NCBI GenBank assembly: GCA_049598495.1
Contig: JBMYNR010000006.1
Coordinates: 1 to 58,057 of the forward strand
Reading direction: 5' to 3'
Source of the DNA: Opitutales bacterium
Lineage (GTDB): Bacteria; Verrucomicrobiota; Verrucomicrobiia; Opitutales; Coraliomargaritaceae
DNA length: 58,057 nt
Shown: positions 1 through 12,278 of the stretch, in pieces
How the letters are laid out: each line of letters opens with the position of its first letter
Position numbering within the stretch: the first letter of the stretch is position 1
The notes under the pieces: model-generated
What the model was told of the DNA's origin: nothing
Seen by the model: only the letters and a program-made list of their open reading frames with translations
The model's database searches: none
Position numbers and translations under genes: made by a program

Positions 1-181
1 CATTATCGTCAAAAATTTAGATTATGAGCTTGTTTGAGACACAGTTGCTCTAAAGTCTGGGCTGTTAGCTAAGACAGTGACGAGGCTCTAAAGGGCGCAG
101 CCTGCCTTAGGATGCGTAGAACCTATTGCATTTAGCTGCGCCCGGCAAGGCATGTAAGGATACGTGCGAAATCGGCTTCTG

Positions 182-2980
<2,799 letters not shown>

Positions 2981-3006
2981 GAGTAGGAGTTAAGCTTGGG
3001 TTTGTT

Positions 3007-3391
3007 GGAACCGCGAATGGACGCGAAGAGACGCGAATGATTCAGAATGATTTTCGAGAACGATGCGTTCCCATTCTAGCTTTGGGCGCTTGAAATTTAT
3101 GATGAGTCCGACTTTGAGTCCGGTGATTTTCAGATAGTTGAGCATCTGGCACGTTCGATATTTCTAATCTGATTGATGACCTTTGTATCCACGATGACTG
3201 AGCCGAAAGCAATGAGGTCGGAGATATACTCCCCAACCTCCACGGTTTTGTAAATGACGTTAAAACGTTCCTATTGTGAATAAGCGATCTGACGGGTTCG
3301 AACTCAACGACGAGTGAGTTTTCATATGGTTTCTCGTGCTTTGCTATTAGGCCCATCAAATTCGCGTGTCTTCGCGTCCATTCGCGGTTCC
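3007..3391. repeat. 32-bp inverted repeat pair (3007-3038 / 3360-3391) enclosing a GxxExxY pseudogene
   Basis: Left arm GGAACCGCGAATGGACGCGAAGAGACGCGAAT matches the reverse complement of the right arm, GGAACCGCGAATGGACGCGAAGACACGCGAAT, at 31/32; each arm has three CGCGAA units 10 bp apart. Confidence 0.93.
3056..3338 (-). pseudogene. GxxExxY family protein (PD-(D/E)XK-like), degraded
   Basis: Manual translation across frames gives HEKPYENSLVVEFE / RQIAYSQ*ERFNVIYKTVEVGEYISDLIAFGSVIVDTKVINQIRNIER / QMLNYLKITGLKVGLIINFKRPKLEWERIVL; two frameshifts (~3295, ~3150), TAG at 3273-3271, N-terminus missing. Confidence 0.88.
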
Positions 3392-3403
3392 TCTGGAGCC
3401 AGT

Positions 3404-4504
3404 TTACAGGTTGGCCAGAACGGCGTCGCCCATGGCTTTTGTGCCAACGGCGTCGAGGCCGAAAGCGATGTCGCCCGTGCGAGTGCCAGAGGTAACGGCC
3501 TTTTCTACGGCTGCCTCGATAGCAGCGGCGGCTTCGAGTTCACCGAAACTATAGCGGAGCATGAGGGCGCCTGAGAGAATCTGTGCACAGGGGTTGGCTA
3601 TGCCTTGTCCAGCGATATCCGGAGCGGTCCCACCGGAAGGCTCATAGAGACCGAATGGAAAACCTAGACGGTTCTTATCTTCACCCAACGAAGCGGAGGC
3701 GAGCATTCCAAGAGAGCCACAGATCACGCCCATTTCGTCGGAGAGGATATCACCAAACATGTTTTCGGTAAAGAGGACGTCAAATTGGTTTGGATCGCGG
3801 GCCAGCTGCATAGCGGCGTTGTCGACATACATGTGGCTAAGTTCAATCTCGGGGGCATTCTTTGCGAAGTAATCGCTCACGACCTTGCGCCAGAGAACGG
3901 ACGTCTCAAGCACGTTGGCCTTATCAACCGAGCAGACGCGATTGCCCCGCGCCTTGGCTGTGTCGATCGCGACCTGCGCAATGCGCTCGATCTCGCTGGT
4001 CTTGTAAACCATCGTATCGATGGCCTGTTCTTCGCCGTTTTCGAGCGTTGTTGTGGATTTTGGCTGACCAAAGTAAATACCACCTGTCAGTTCACGAATG
4101 CAAACGATGTCGATGCCGTTCGGGATACGCTCCTGCTTGAGTGGAGATGCATCCGTCAATTGTGGGTAAAGTAGTCCCGGGCGAACGTTGGCATACAGGG
4201 AAAATGCCTTACGAATTGGAAGTAGAGCAGCACGCTCTGGCTGCTCTTTGGGTGGAAGGGACTCCCACTTTGGGCCACCAACAGAACCGAAGAGAATCGC
4301 TTCAGAGTTTTCGCAGATCTTTTGTGTGCTTTCCGGGAAAGCGTTGCCATGATTGTCGATAGCGATACCGCCGATGTCGGCATACTCATATTCAAGCGCG
4401 AAGCCGAATTTATCGCCAGCGGCTTTAAGTACATCGAGTGCGACGTCCATGACTTCAGGGCCGATCCCATCGCCGGGAAGAACTGCAAATTTTATGGTAT
4501 TCAT
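3404..4504 (-). CDS. leuB: 3-isopropylmalate dehydrogenase
   Basis: LPGDGIGPEV, VDKANVL, NMFGDILSD, EPSGGTAPDIAG; start placed at ATG 4504 (MNTIKF). Confidence 0.97.
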   Translation of the reverse strand: MNTIKFAVLPGDGIGPEVMDVALDVLKAAGDKFGFALEYEYADIGGIAIDNHGNAFPESTQKICENSEAILFGSVGGPKWESLPPKEQPERAALLPIRKAFSLYANVRPGLLYPQLTDASPLKQERIPNGIDIVCIRELTGGIYFGQPKSTTTLENGEEQAIDTMVYKTSEIERIAQVAIDTAKARGNRVCSVDKANVLETSVLWRKVVSDYFAKNAPEIELSHMYVDNAAMQLARDPNQFDVLFTENMFGDILSDEMGVICGSLGMLASASLGEDKNRLGFPFGLYEPSGGTAPDIAGQGIANPCAQILSGALMLRYSFGELEAAAAIEAAVEKAVTSGTRTGDIAFGLDAVGTKAMGDAVLANL

Positions 4505-4750
4505 AGGTTTTTTTGGAAAAACGGAGTAATCTGAGCTAGAGCGGGGCACCTTCAAGACTTTTCGCAGCTTGCGAAGGCATTCCGCATGCCAGGCAGGATG
4601 CTTCTCTGATTCGCCTAGAATTGAGGCTTCAATTAAGGGTTTTCACTCTCATATGTGTTAATTAATGACTTGAGCCCATCATGGCGCATACCTTTGTTGG
4701 TTCTCTCTCAGGTATCTGCGCCTGACTTATTACAATAAACCCAACTACAC

Positions 4751-6091
4751 ATGACGAAGAAAACACTCTGTATGTTTACATTCCTTGCGACGGCACTGTT
4801 GCCGGGGATGTTATTCGCCCAAGACATCGAATTGCACGCGTGCACTGAGGAGGCCGCAATGGTGGTCTCGGAGGTGGTCGAGGCCGTGGATTCCGGCACG
4901 ACAGCCTGGATGCTCACTGCGACCGTGCTCGTATTATTCATGACACTGCCCGGACTGGCACTATTCTACGGTGGTCTCGTGCGTGCACAGAACGTGCTAT
5001 CTGTTTTGATGCACTGCTTCGCGATCGCTTGCTTGGCCTCGGTTCTTTGGATTGCGATACTCTACACGATGGCATTCGCTCCAGGATGTAGCGGCTGGTT
5101 CGGTGGTTTTGAGCATCTCGGACTTAAGGGCATCAGCATTGAGAGCATGCAAGGCAATTTTCCTGAAACGATCTTTATTATGTTTCAAATGACTTTTGCC
5201 ATCATCACTCCCGGCTTGATCGTTGGTGCATTCGTTGAGCGCATGAAGTTTGGCGCGATTCTTCTCTTTACGGCTCTCTGGCTGATCTTTGTCTATGCCC
5301 CTGTCACTTACTGGGTCTGGGGCGGCGGTTGGCTCTTTGAAGCCGGTGTGATTGACCTCGCCGGTGGTATCGTCGTTCACGCTACGGCAGGTGTATCGGC
5401 TCTGCTCTTGGCTAAAATGTTGGGGCCGCGCGATGGTTTCCCAAAGAAACTCCATATTCCGCATCACCCTGCGATGGTGATGATCGGCGCGTCGATGCTT
5501 TGGGTCGGTTGGTTCGGCTTTAACGCCGGTAGTCAACTAGCAGCCAATGGCAACGCAGGCATGACTATGCTGGTTACTCACATCTCGGCCGCGGTCGCTA
5601 GTTTGACCTGGATGACGATCGAATGGATCAAGAACGGCAAGCCTGGTCTCGTTGGTATTGTCACCGGCATGGTGGCTGGTCTTGCCACGATTACTCCGGC
5701 TTCCGGTAACGTGGGGCCGCTCGGTGCGGTTTGCCTCGGTTTCCTCGCGGGTATCGTTTGCTATTTCGCATGTGGCATAGTCAAGGGCAAGCTCAAGATC
5801 GATGACTCACTCGATGTATTTGCTGTGCACGGTGTCGGCGGTATCATGGGGACGGTCTTGGTGGCTGTTTTTGGCACGGCTGCCTTCGGTGGCACAGGAG
5901 TCGACGATATGAATGCGCAATTGATGATACAACTCAAAGCACTAGGTGCAGTTGTGGCTTGGTCAGTTATCGCGACCTTCATTATTGTTATGGTTTGCAA
6001 GTTCACCACAGGTCTGCGCGTCTCCCAGGATGTGGAATACACAGGTCTCGACCAATCAGAACACGGTGAAACCTCATATCAATTTGAATAA
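4751..6091 (+). CDS. amt: ammonium transporter (Amt family)
   Basis: PGLALFYGGLVR, FQMTFAIIT, WVGWFGFNAGS, twin His (VVHATAG, AVHGVGG); N-terminal signal-like segment; adjacent to a PII gene. Confidence 0.97.
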   Translation: MTKKTLCMFTFLATALLPGMLFAQDIELHACTEEAAMVVSEVVEAVDSGTTAWMLTATVLVLFMTLPGLALFYGGLVRAQNVLSVLMHCFAIACLASVLWIAILYTMAFAPGCSGWFGGFEHLGLKGISIESMQGNFPETIFIMFQMTFAIITPGLIVGAFVERMKFGAILLFTALWLIFVYAPVTYWVWGGGWLFEAGVIDLAGGIVVHATAGVSALLLAKMLGPRDGFPKKLHIPHHPAMVMIGASMLWVGWFGFNAGSQLAANGNAGMTMLVTHISAAVASLTWMTIEWIKNGKPGLVGIVTGMVAGLATITPASGNVGPLGAVCLGFLAGIVCYFACGIVKGKLKIDDSLDVFAVHGVGGIMGTVLVAVFGTAAFGGTGVDDMNAQLMIQLKALGAVVAWSVIATFIIVMVCKFTTGLRVSQDVEYTGLDQSEHGETSYQFE

Positions 6092-6113
6092 TTCGATTAT
6101 TACCTCAAAATAG

Positions 6114-6461
<348 letters not shown>

Positions 6462-6484
6462 GTCTCCGATTTCGTGATTTGAAC

Positions 6485-6518
6485 AAGCGGTCTCTGTGCA
6501 CACAGGGGCCGCTTTTTT
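6485..6518 (+). terminator. intrinsic terminator of amt-glnK
   Basis: AAGCGGTCTCTGTG-CA-CACAGGGGCCGCTT stem followed by a T tract. Confidence 0.8.
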
Positions 6519-6566
6519 GTTTCCAAATGGCTTTGCTTCCCGGTGACTTTCATTCACATTAAAGCG

Positions 6567-7670
6567 ATGCCAAAGAAAAAAGTTGCTCGCAAATCCTCTA
6601 CCAAGGGAACCAAAGCATACACCGCACCCGAATTCCTTGTCGACTTGCTCAACGCCCGTTCACCGACGGGCGCCGAATATGAGGCCCAGGCAGTGGTTGA
6701 CCATTACGTGGAGAAGGAGGTAGATGAATACCGCCGCGACACGATGGGGAATCGCTTTGCCACGGTGAACCCGGATGGCGACCCAAGTATTTTATTTGCG
6801 GGACATATTGATGAGCTCGGACTCATCGTGACCTATATTAATGAAAAGGGCTTTCTCTATTTCGATACGCTGGGCGGGCACGACAAAACGATGATCTCGG
6901 GCCGTCGTGTCTCAATTCTAACGAAGAACGGTGTGGTCAAAGGCGTGACAGGGAAACGCGCCATCCATTTGATGAGTTCGGCCGACCGGAAGAAAGTCCC
7001 GGAAACACATGAAATATGGATTGATATCGGTGTGAAGTCCCGAGCAGAGGCGGAGAAATTTATTCGGATTGGGGATCCGGCGGTATACGACCAGAGCTTC
7101 GAATTAATCCGGGGCAGCGTCGGAGTGGCCCGTGCCTTCGACGACAAGGCGGGTGCGTATGCCGTGCTTGAGGCCGTGCGCCGATTAAACAATGTTAAAT
7201 TAGCAGCTCGAGTCACCGCTGCTGCAACGACTCAGGAAGAAATCGGAACCCGTGGCGCCATGACGGCAGCCAACGCAGAGAATCCCGATTTTGCAATTGC
7301 GGTCGATGTCGGACATGCCACCGATTCACCGGATTGCGATCACCGAAAATATGGTAACTTTAGCCAAGGTAGCGGCCCGATTGTATGTCGAGGCCCGAAT
7401 ATCAACCCGGTGATATTTGAGCGCATCATACAGTGTGCGAAAAAAAACAAGATACCTTATCAGATAGAGGCCGATCCGCGCCCAACCGGAACCGACGCAC
7501 GCGCGATTCAAGTGGCTCGGGCAGGTATTGCCACCGGGCTTTTATCAATTCCACTGCGCTATATGCACACGCCGAGCGAGATGGTTGACTTGGAGGACGT
7601 GGAGCACACCGTTCAACTACTCGTGGCCGTAGCTCGATCGCTGAAGAAGGGTGAGCGGGGCATCTGGTAG
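6567..7670 (+). CDS. M42 family metallopeptidase
   Basis: AGHIDELG, RAFDDKAG, QEEIGTRGA, TGTDA, RYMHTPSE; start at ATG 6567 (MPKKK). Confidence 0.92.
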   Translation: MPKKKVARKSSTKGTKAYTAPEFLVDLLNARSPTGAEYEAQAVVDHYVEKEVDEYRRDTMGNRFATVNPDGDPSILFAGHIDELGLIVTYINEKGFLYFDTLGGHDKTMISGRRVSILTKNGVVKGVTGKRAIHLMSSADRKKVPETHEIWIDIGVKSRAEAEKFIRIGDPAVYDQSFELIRGSVGVARAFDDKAGAYAVLEAVRRLNNVKLAARVTAAATTQEEIGTRGAMTAANAENPDFAIAVDVGHATDSPDCDHRKYGNFSQGSGPIVCRGPNINPVIFERIIQCAKKNKIPYQIEADPRPTGTDARAIQVARAGIATGLLSIPLRYMHTPSEMVDLEDVEHTVQLLVAVARSLKKGERGIW

Positions 7671-7673
7671 CCA

Positions 7674-8351
7674 CTAGCTGCGCTTTCTCAAGACGACGAC
7701 GCTTTCCGAGAGGAAATCGGGATCGTCGAAGCCATACTGCCTCGCAATGAACTTGAAGCTCCTATCGCTATAAAAAGCGACATGCGTGGAATCGTTTCGG
7801 TAGTGCCAAGTGTCGAAGTCGAGACCGGTATGATAGCGGCTCGTCATAACACCCAACCAGCCGTCGGGCTTCAGTAGGTTGGCGAGTTTTTTAAACTCCT
7901 GATTGGGGTGATAGAAATGTTCGGCCGCCTCTGAACAAGTGATAAAGTCATAGCGTTGCTCAAAGACCGAATCATCCCGGTGAAAAAATGGATCGTAGTG
8001 TTCACAGCCGAATCCGGACTCTTGAGCCATCAAGTGTAATGTAGGGCCGGGCCCGGACCCGTAGTCGAGTCCACGTGCGCCCGGAACGAGCCTGTGCTTC
8101 AACGGCTCCCATAGGCGCCCGAGAAACGCCCGATAGTTCGGGTCCTCGGGTTTGTTGTTATGTTGCTCGTAGTGCGCGTGCTCAGCCTTCAGACGGAGCC
8201 GATCTTTGGGATCGAGCCAGATAAGGTCGCATTTATCACAGATCCGGTAGCGCCAACCCCGGGCTTCATCGGAATGAAAATATCTGCCCGGGCCCAAGCA
8301 CAGCGGGCAGTTTTGAGATGAAGTGATGTTATTAGAGTCCACTAATTCCAC
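7674..8351 (-). CDS. class I SAM-dependent methyltransferase with N-terminal Zn-binding CxxC pairs
   Basis: CPLC...CDKC, LDYGSGPGP, YDPFF, EHF; start uncertain. Confidence 0.85.
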   Translation of the reverse strand: MELVDSNNITSSQNCPLCLGPGRYFHSDEARGWRYRICDKCDLIWLDPKDRLRLKAEHAHYEQHNNKPEDPNYRAFLGRLWEPLKHRLVPGARGLDYGSGPGPTLHLMAQESGFGCEHYDPFFHRDDSVFEQRYDFITCSEAAEHFYHPNQEFKKLANLLKPDGWLGVMTSRYHTGLDFDTWHYRNDSTHVAFYSDRSFKFIARQYGFDDPDFLSESVVVLRKRS

Positions 8352-8408
8352 GAATCAACACGAAGATTTTTAGCGAAGTCAGTCCGTGTCAATTTGTTCG
8401 ATTCGTGG
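8348..8408. repeat. short cargo-less inverted repeat with periodic CACGAA units
   Basis: CCACGAATC (8348-8356) pairs with GATTCGTGG (8400-8408) and AACA with TGTT; the left arm repeats CACGAA at 10-bp spacing. Confidence 0.6.
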
Positions 8409-8417
8409 GCAATCCAA

Positions 8418-9302
8418 TCAAGCCTTGTAGATTTTAAGCAAGGCGTCGGCGATTTCGGAAGGATTACGCGCAATAGAGACGCCTGCATCTTCCATGGCGG
8501 CGAACTTGGCCTCGGCTGTGCCGGCCCCACTGGAGGAGACGATGGCACCGGCGTGACCCATGGTGCGACCCTTCGGCGCGGAGGCACCCGCAATGAAGCC
8601 CGCGACAGGCTTCTTCACGTGCTCCTTGATGTAAGCACATGCTTCTTCCTCGGCACTACCACCAATCTCTCCGATCATAATGATGGCATCGGTTTCCGGG
8701 TCTTCGTTGAACATGCGGACGGCGTCAGTCTGCGAAGTGCCGTTGATCGGGTCCCCACCGATACCGATACAGGTCGACTGGCCGTGCCCCTTCTGGGTGA
8801 GTTGCCAGACTGCCTCGTAGGTGAGGGTACCAGAGCGAGAAACAACACCGACACGCCCAGGCTTATGAATATAGCCCGGCATGATCCCGATCTTACACTC
8901 GCCGGGAGTGATGATACCGGGACAGTTCGGTCCGATTAGACGAGTCTTTGTGTTATGAAAATAGAGACGGCGACGAACCTCGGCCATATCACGAACAGGG
9001 ACCCCTTCGGTGATGCAAATGACCAGCGGGATTTCGGCTTCGATCGCTTCGAGGATCGAATCGGCTGCGAATGCGGGTGGCACATAGATAACCGAGGCGT
9101 TGGCACCGTGCTCTTTTACCGCCTCTTCGACTGTATTGCAAACAGGCACCTTGTCTTCCCAGATTTGGCCGCCTTTACCCGGAGTGACTCCGGCGACGAC
9201 ATTGGTTCCGTATTCGATGCATTGCTGCGTGTGGAAGGTGCCGGTCTTGCCAGTGATTCCCTGGACGACAAGGCGAGTGTCTTTGTTGACTAAAATACTC
9301 AT
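8418..9302 (-). CDS. sucD: succinyl-CoA ligase alpha subunit
   Basis: [31 protein letters not shown] phospho-His motif. Confidence 0.98.
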   Translation of the reverse strand: MSILVNKDTRLVVQGITGKTGTFHTQQCIEYGTNVVAGVTPGKGGQIWEDKVPVCNTVEEAVKEHGANASVIYVPPAFAADSILEAIEAEIPLVICITEGVPVRDMAEVRRRLYFHNTKTRLIGPNCPGIITPGECKIGIMPGYIHKPGRVGVVSRSGTLTYEAVWQLTQKGHGQSTCIGIGGDPINGTSQTDAVRMFNEDPETDAIIMIGEIGGSAEEEACAYIKEHVKKPVAGFIAGASAPKGRTMGHAGAIVSSSGAGTAEAKFAAMEDAGVSIARNPSEIADALLKIYKA

Positions 9303-9333
9303 TACAAATCTCTTTTAGGTCTCCTGCTTAGGA

Positions 9334-10524
9334 TTAAGCCTTGGTTTTGACTTTTTCGACGATGATCTCGGCCGCTTCCGCAAGGCTATCCGCCGGCGTG
9401 AGAGCCACGCCACTTTCGCGGAGGATCTTTTTGCCCGCATCTACGTTGGTCCCCTCGAGGCGAACGACGAGTGGCACTTGGATGTCTACGTTCTTGGCGG
9501 CAGCAACAATACCGCGTGCGATGACGTCACACTTCATGATGCCTCCGAAAATGTTGACGAGGATGCCTTCCACATTGGGATCGGATAGGATGATCTTGAA
9601 GGCCGCCGTGACTTGATCCTCATTCGCACCACCACCAACATCGAGGAAGTTGGCGGGCTCACCGCCACAGCTCTTGATAATATCCATTGTAGCCATCGCC
9701 AGACCCGCTCCGTTCACCATACAGGCAATATTGCCATCGAGTGCGATGTAAGCGAGGTGGTGCTTCGAGGCTTCAATCTCCTTCTGGTCCTCCTCATTTA
9801 GGTCACGGAGTTGTTGAATATCCGGGTGCTGAAAAATGGCGTTACCATCGAAGGAAACCTTCGCATCCAGTGCTAGGATCTGCCCCTGCGTCGTCATGAC
9901 AAGTGGGTTCACTTCAACCAGCATGGCGTTCTTTTCCCAGAACATCCGATACATACCGTTGAGAACACGTGCGAACTGCTTCACCTGATCACCCTCGAAG
10001 CCAAGTGCGAAAGCAACGCGACGGCAATGGTAGTCACGGAGCCCCATAGTTGGTGAAATGGGGACCCTTACGATCTTGTCGGGTGACTCTTCGGCCACGG
10101 CCTCAATATCCATGCCGCCCTCGGTCGAGGCGATGATCATGGATTGAGCCGTTTCACGATCCATGACGATGGCGAGGTAATATTCGTGCTCAATATCGCA
10201 GGCCTCGGTGATGTAGAGTGTCTGAACCTTACGACCCTCAGGGCCGGTCTGTTTGGTGATCAGCGTGTTATCGAGCATATGATTGGCAGCATCGAGCGCA
10301 GCATCACGACCGTTCACAACCTTCACACCGCCCTGGTAGCCATCGGTAAATGTACCTTTGCCTCGCCCGCCGGCATGAATTTGAGCCTTCACGACGATCA
10401 TGTCGTCGCCAAGTTGCGAAATAGCTGTTTCTACCTCGGGGATATTCGTGGCCGAATACCCCCGAGGGACGGGCACTCCATAGTCATCAAGAAGGCGCTT
10501 GGCCTGAAATTCGTGAATATTCAT
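9334..10524 (-). CDS. sucC: succinyl-CoA ligase beta subunit
   Basis: MNIHEFQAK start, [38 protein letters not shown]. Confidence 0.98.
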   Translation of the reverse strand: MNIHEFQAKRLLDDYGVPVPRGYSATNIPEVETAISQLGDDMIVVKAQIHAGGRGKGTFTDGYQGGVKVVNGRDAALDAANHMLDNTLITKQTGPEGRKVQTLYITEACDIEHEYYLAIVMDRETAQSMIIASTEGGMDIEAVAEESPDKIVRVPISPTMGLRDYHCRRVAFALGFEGDQVKQFARVLNGMYRMFWEKNAMLVEVNPLVMTTQGQILALDAKVSFDGNAIFQHPDIQQLRDLNEEDQKEIEASKHHLAYIALDGNIACMVNGAGLAMATMDIIKSCGGEPANFLDVGGGANEDQVTAAFKIILSDPNVEGILVNIFGGIMKCDVIARGIVAAAKNVDIQVPLVVRLEGTNVDAGKKILRESGVALTPADSLAEAAEIIVEKVKTKA

Positions 10525-10633
10525 CGATGTATTCTTTAATAAAAAACGGGATAGCGTAGCTAGATGGCGACGACTGTCGAAAGGTGCAACCACTTTTGGC
10601 TATTTTTCTAAAAAAAGGGAATCTTATCGCATC

Positions 10634-11698
10634 TCACAGGGCACAGCCTCGGGAGGTTTCACAATTCGGACGGGCGACCAGGCCCTTGATAGGTTCATCC
10701 GGAAAGGCTTTTTCAGCTCGGCCACCTTCCAATAGATGCCGGTCGCAGATCGCATCGAGTTCCTCCTTAGAGCGGGCTCGCCGCATGTCATGAAGAAAAT
10801 GGCCGTCCCGATCGACCCCAAGGCCCACAAAATTGAGGAATTTTTTCATATGGTTAATATGATAAACACCGCTCACATCAGGCCGCGTTGTTGCCAGGAT
10901 AAGATCATCAATATATTGACGTACGTCCTGTAGGGTCGGCCGGAAGATGGGCTTGCCGGCGGCGTGTTCGCGCCACTGTCTAAAGATCCATGGATTACGA
11001 ATACAGGATCTCCCAATCATCAGCCCGGCCGCCTTCGTTTCGTTGAGCACCCACTGACCCTTAGCTATAGATGTGATATTCCCATTTGCAAGAACAGGGC
11101 AGGACAGGCGTTCCGTCGCGCGTTTGATATACTCGTAATGGACCTCACTTCGGTAGGCCTCCTTGACAGTGCGAGCATGGAGACTAACCAGGTCGACCCC
11201 GTGTTTTTCAATCAAACTTAGGATTGTTTCAAAGTGCTCGTCACCGTCGAACCCGATGCGCATTTTTACTGTGAAGCGGCCCTCGACAGCTGAACGCATG
11301 CAGCCCAAAACTTCGTCCACTTTTTCTGGCTCACGCAGTAAGCCACCGCCAACATTCTTCTTGTATACCTTTGGGGCCGGACAGCCCATGTTTAGGTCGA
11401 TCCCCGCGACCGGTAATTTAGCTGCTTCAATAGCATGGACCGTACGTCTAAGATCGGGCAGGCTCTCGCCGATCAGCTGTGCAAACACGGGGCGTCCTGT
11501 GCCGTGCTCGCAAATCGAATCGACAATGTGCTGCTCGAGTGCGGAATGTCCGTGAACACGAAAATACTCGGTAAAGAGTAGGTCCGGCGCCCCATATTTC
11601 CCGAGGAGACGCATAAAGGGCAGGGTAGTGACATCCTGCATGGGCGCTAAAGCCGTCCACGCTTGGCCCGGAATCATTGCGTCGGGTAGGGGGATCAT
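10634..11698 (-). CDS. tRNA-dihydrouridine synthase family protein
   Basis: LAPMQDVT, DLNMGCPAPKV, TVKMRIG, LHART, ANGNI, MIGR. Confidence 0.92.
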   Translation of the reverse strand: MIPLPDAMIPGQAWTALAPMQDVTTLPFMRLLGKYGAPDLLFTEYFRVHGHSALEQHIVDSICEHGTGRPVFAQLIGESLPDLRRTVHAIEAAKLPVAGIDLNMGCPAPKVYKKNVGGGLLREPEKVDEVLGCMRSAVEGRFTVKMRIGFDGDEHFETILSLIEKHGVDLVSLHARTVKEAYRSEVHYEYIKRATERLSCPVLANGNITSIAKGQWVLNETKAAGLMIGRSCIRNPWIFRQWREHAAGKPIFRPTLQDVRQYIDDLILATTRPDVSGVYHINHMKKFLNFVGLGVDRDGHFLHDMRRARSKEELDAICDRHLLEGGRAEKAFPDEPIKGLVARPNCETSRGCAL

Positions 11699-11774
11699 CG
11701 TTTTCGTGAATGGTAACGTGTTGAATATTGTTTATGCTCTTTCAATAGTCCAATAAACAACATCGCGCGACCAC

Positions 11775-12221
11775 TCATTCCTGGTTCTGCTCAAGGATCT
11801 TCTCGAGAATAGCCGTCATGTCGTCGACTGACTCGATGACCGAGTTAGCTACATAGATCGGCTTCCCGGAGCTGAGCGCCAGCATCATGGAGTCACTCGG
11901 GCGCGCATCTAACTCGATGATCTTGTGCCCTAACTCGTTTTCCATCGAGACGATGAGGCGTGCAAAAAAAGTGCCTTGATCCACATCATTGATGATCACG
12001 CGTTCGACTTCGGCACCGAGTCCGTCAAGAAGGGTAACCATTAATTCATGCGTTAGGGGGCGCTCATTTTGCTCTCCGTTGACGGCACGTTGAATGGACA
12101 TGCCGACGCCTTGATCGACATAAATCACGAAGGTCTTCTCATCCGTCCCGAGAAAGACGGCGCAACCATTTGAAGTGGGCATGACGCCCTTAATAAGAAC
12201 TGGAACGACTTGATTATCCAT
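11775..12221 (-). CDS. bifunctional nuclease family (DUF151)
   Basis: RPLTHEL, GTFFARL, DARPSD. Confidence 0.9.
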   Translation of the reverse strand: MDNQVVPVLIKGVMPTSNGCAVFLGTDEKTFVIYVDQGVGMSIQRAVNGEQNERPLTHELMVTLLDGLGAEVERVIINDVDQGTFFARLIVSMENELGHKIIELDARPSDSMMLALSSGKPIYVANSVIESVDDMTAILEKILEQNQE

Positions 12222-12278
12222 CTATCAGAATTGTATTCGATTACGACAGTGCTTCAAGAGATAAGCGTGAGGTCGTTG

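Noticed and set aside
93..143. GGGCGCAGC/GCTGCGCCC inverted repeat downstream of alaS
   Set aside because: It is only 9 bp with no T tract or GTAG foot. It may be a decayed REP or terminator but cannot be classified.
3042..3359. 105-aa ORF as an intact gene
   Set aside because: Only its HEKPYENSLVVEF part is in the ancestral frame; the rest is out-of-frame pseudogene sequence.
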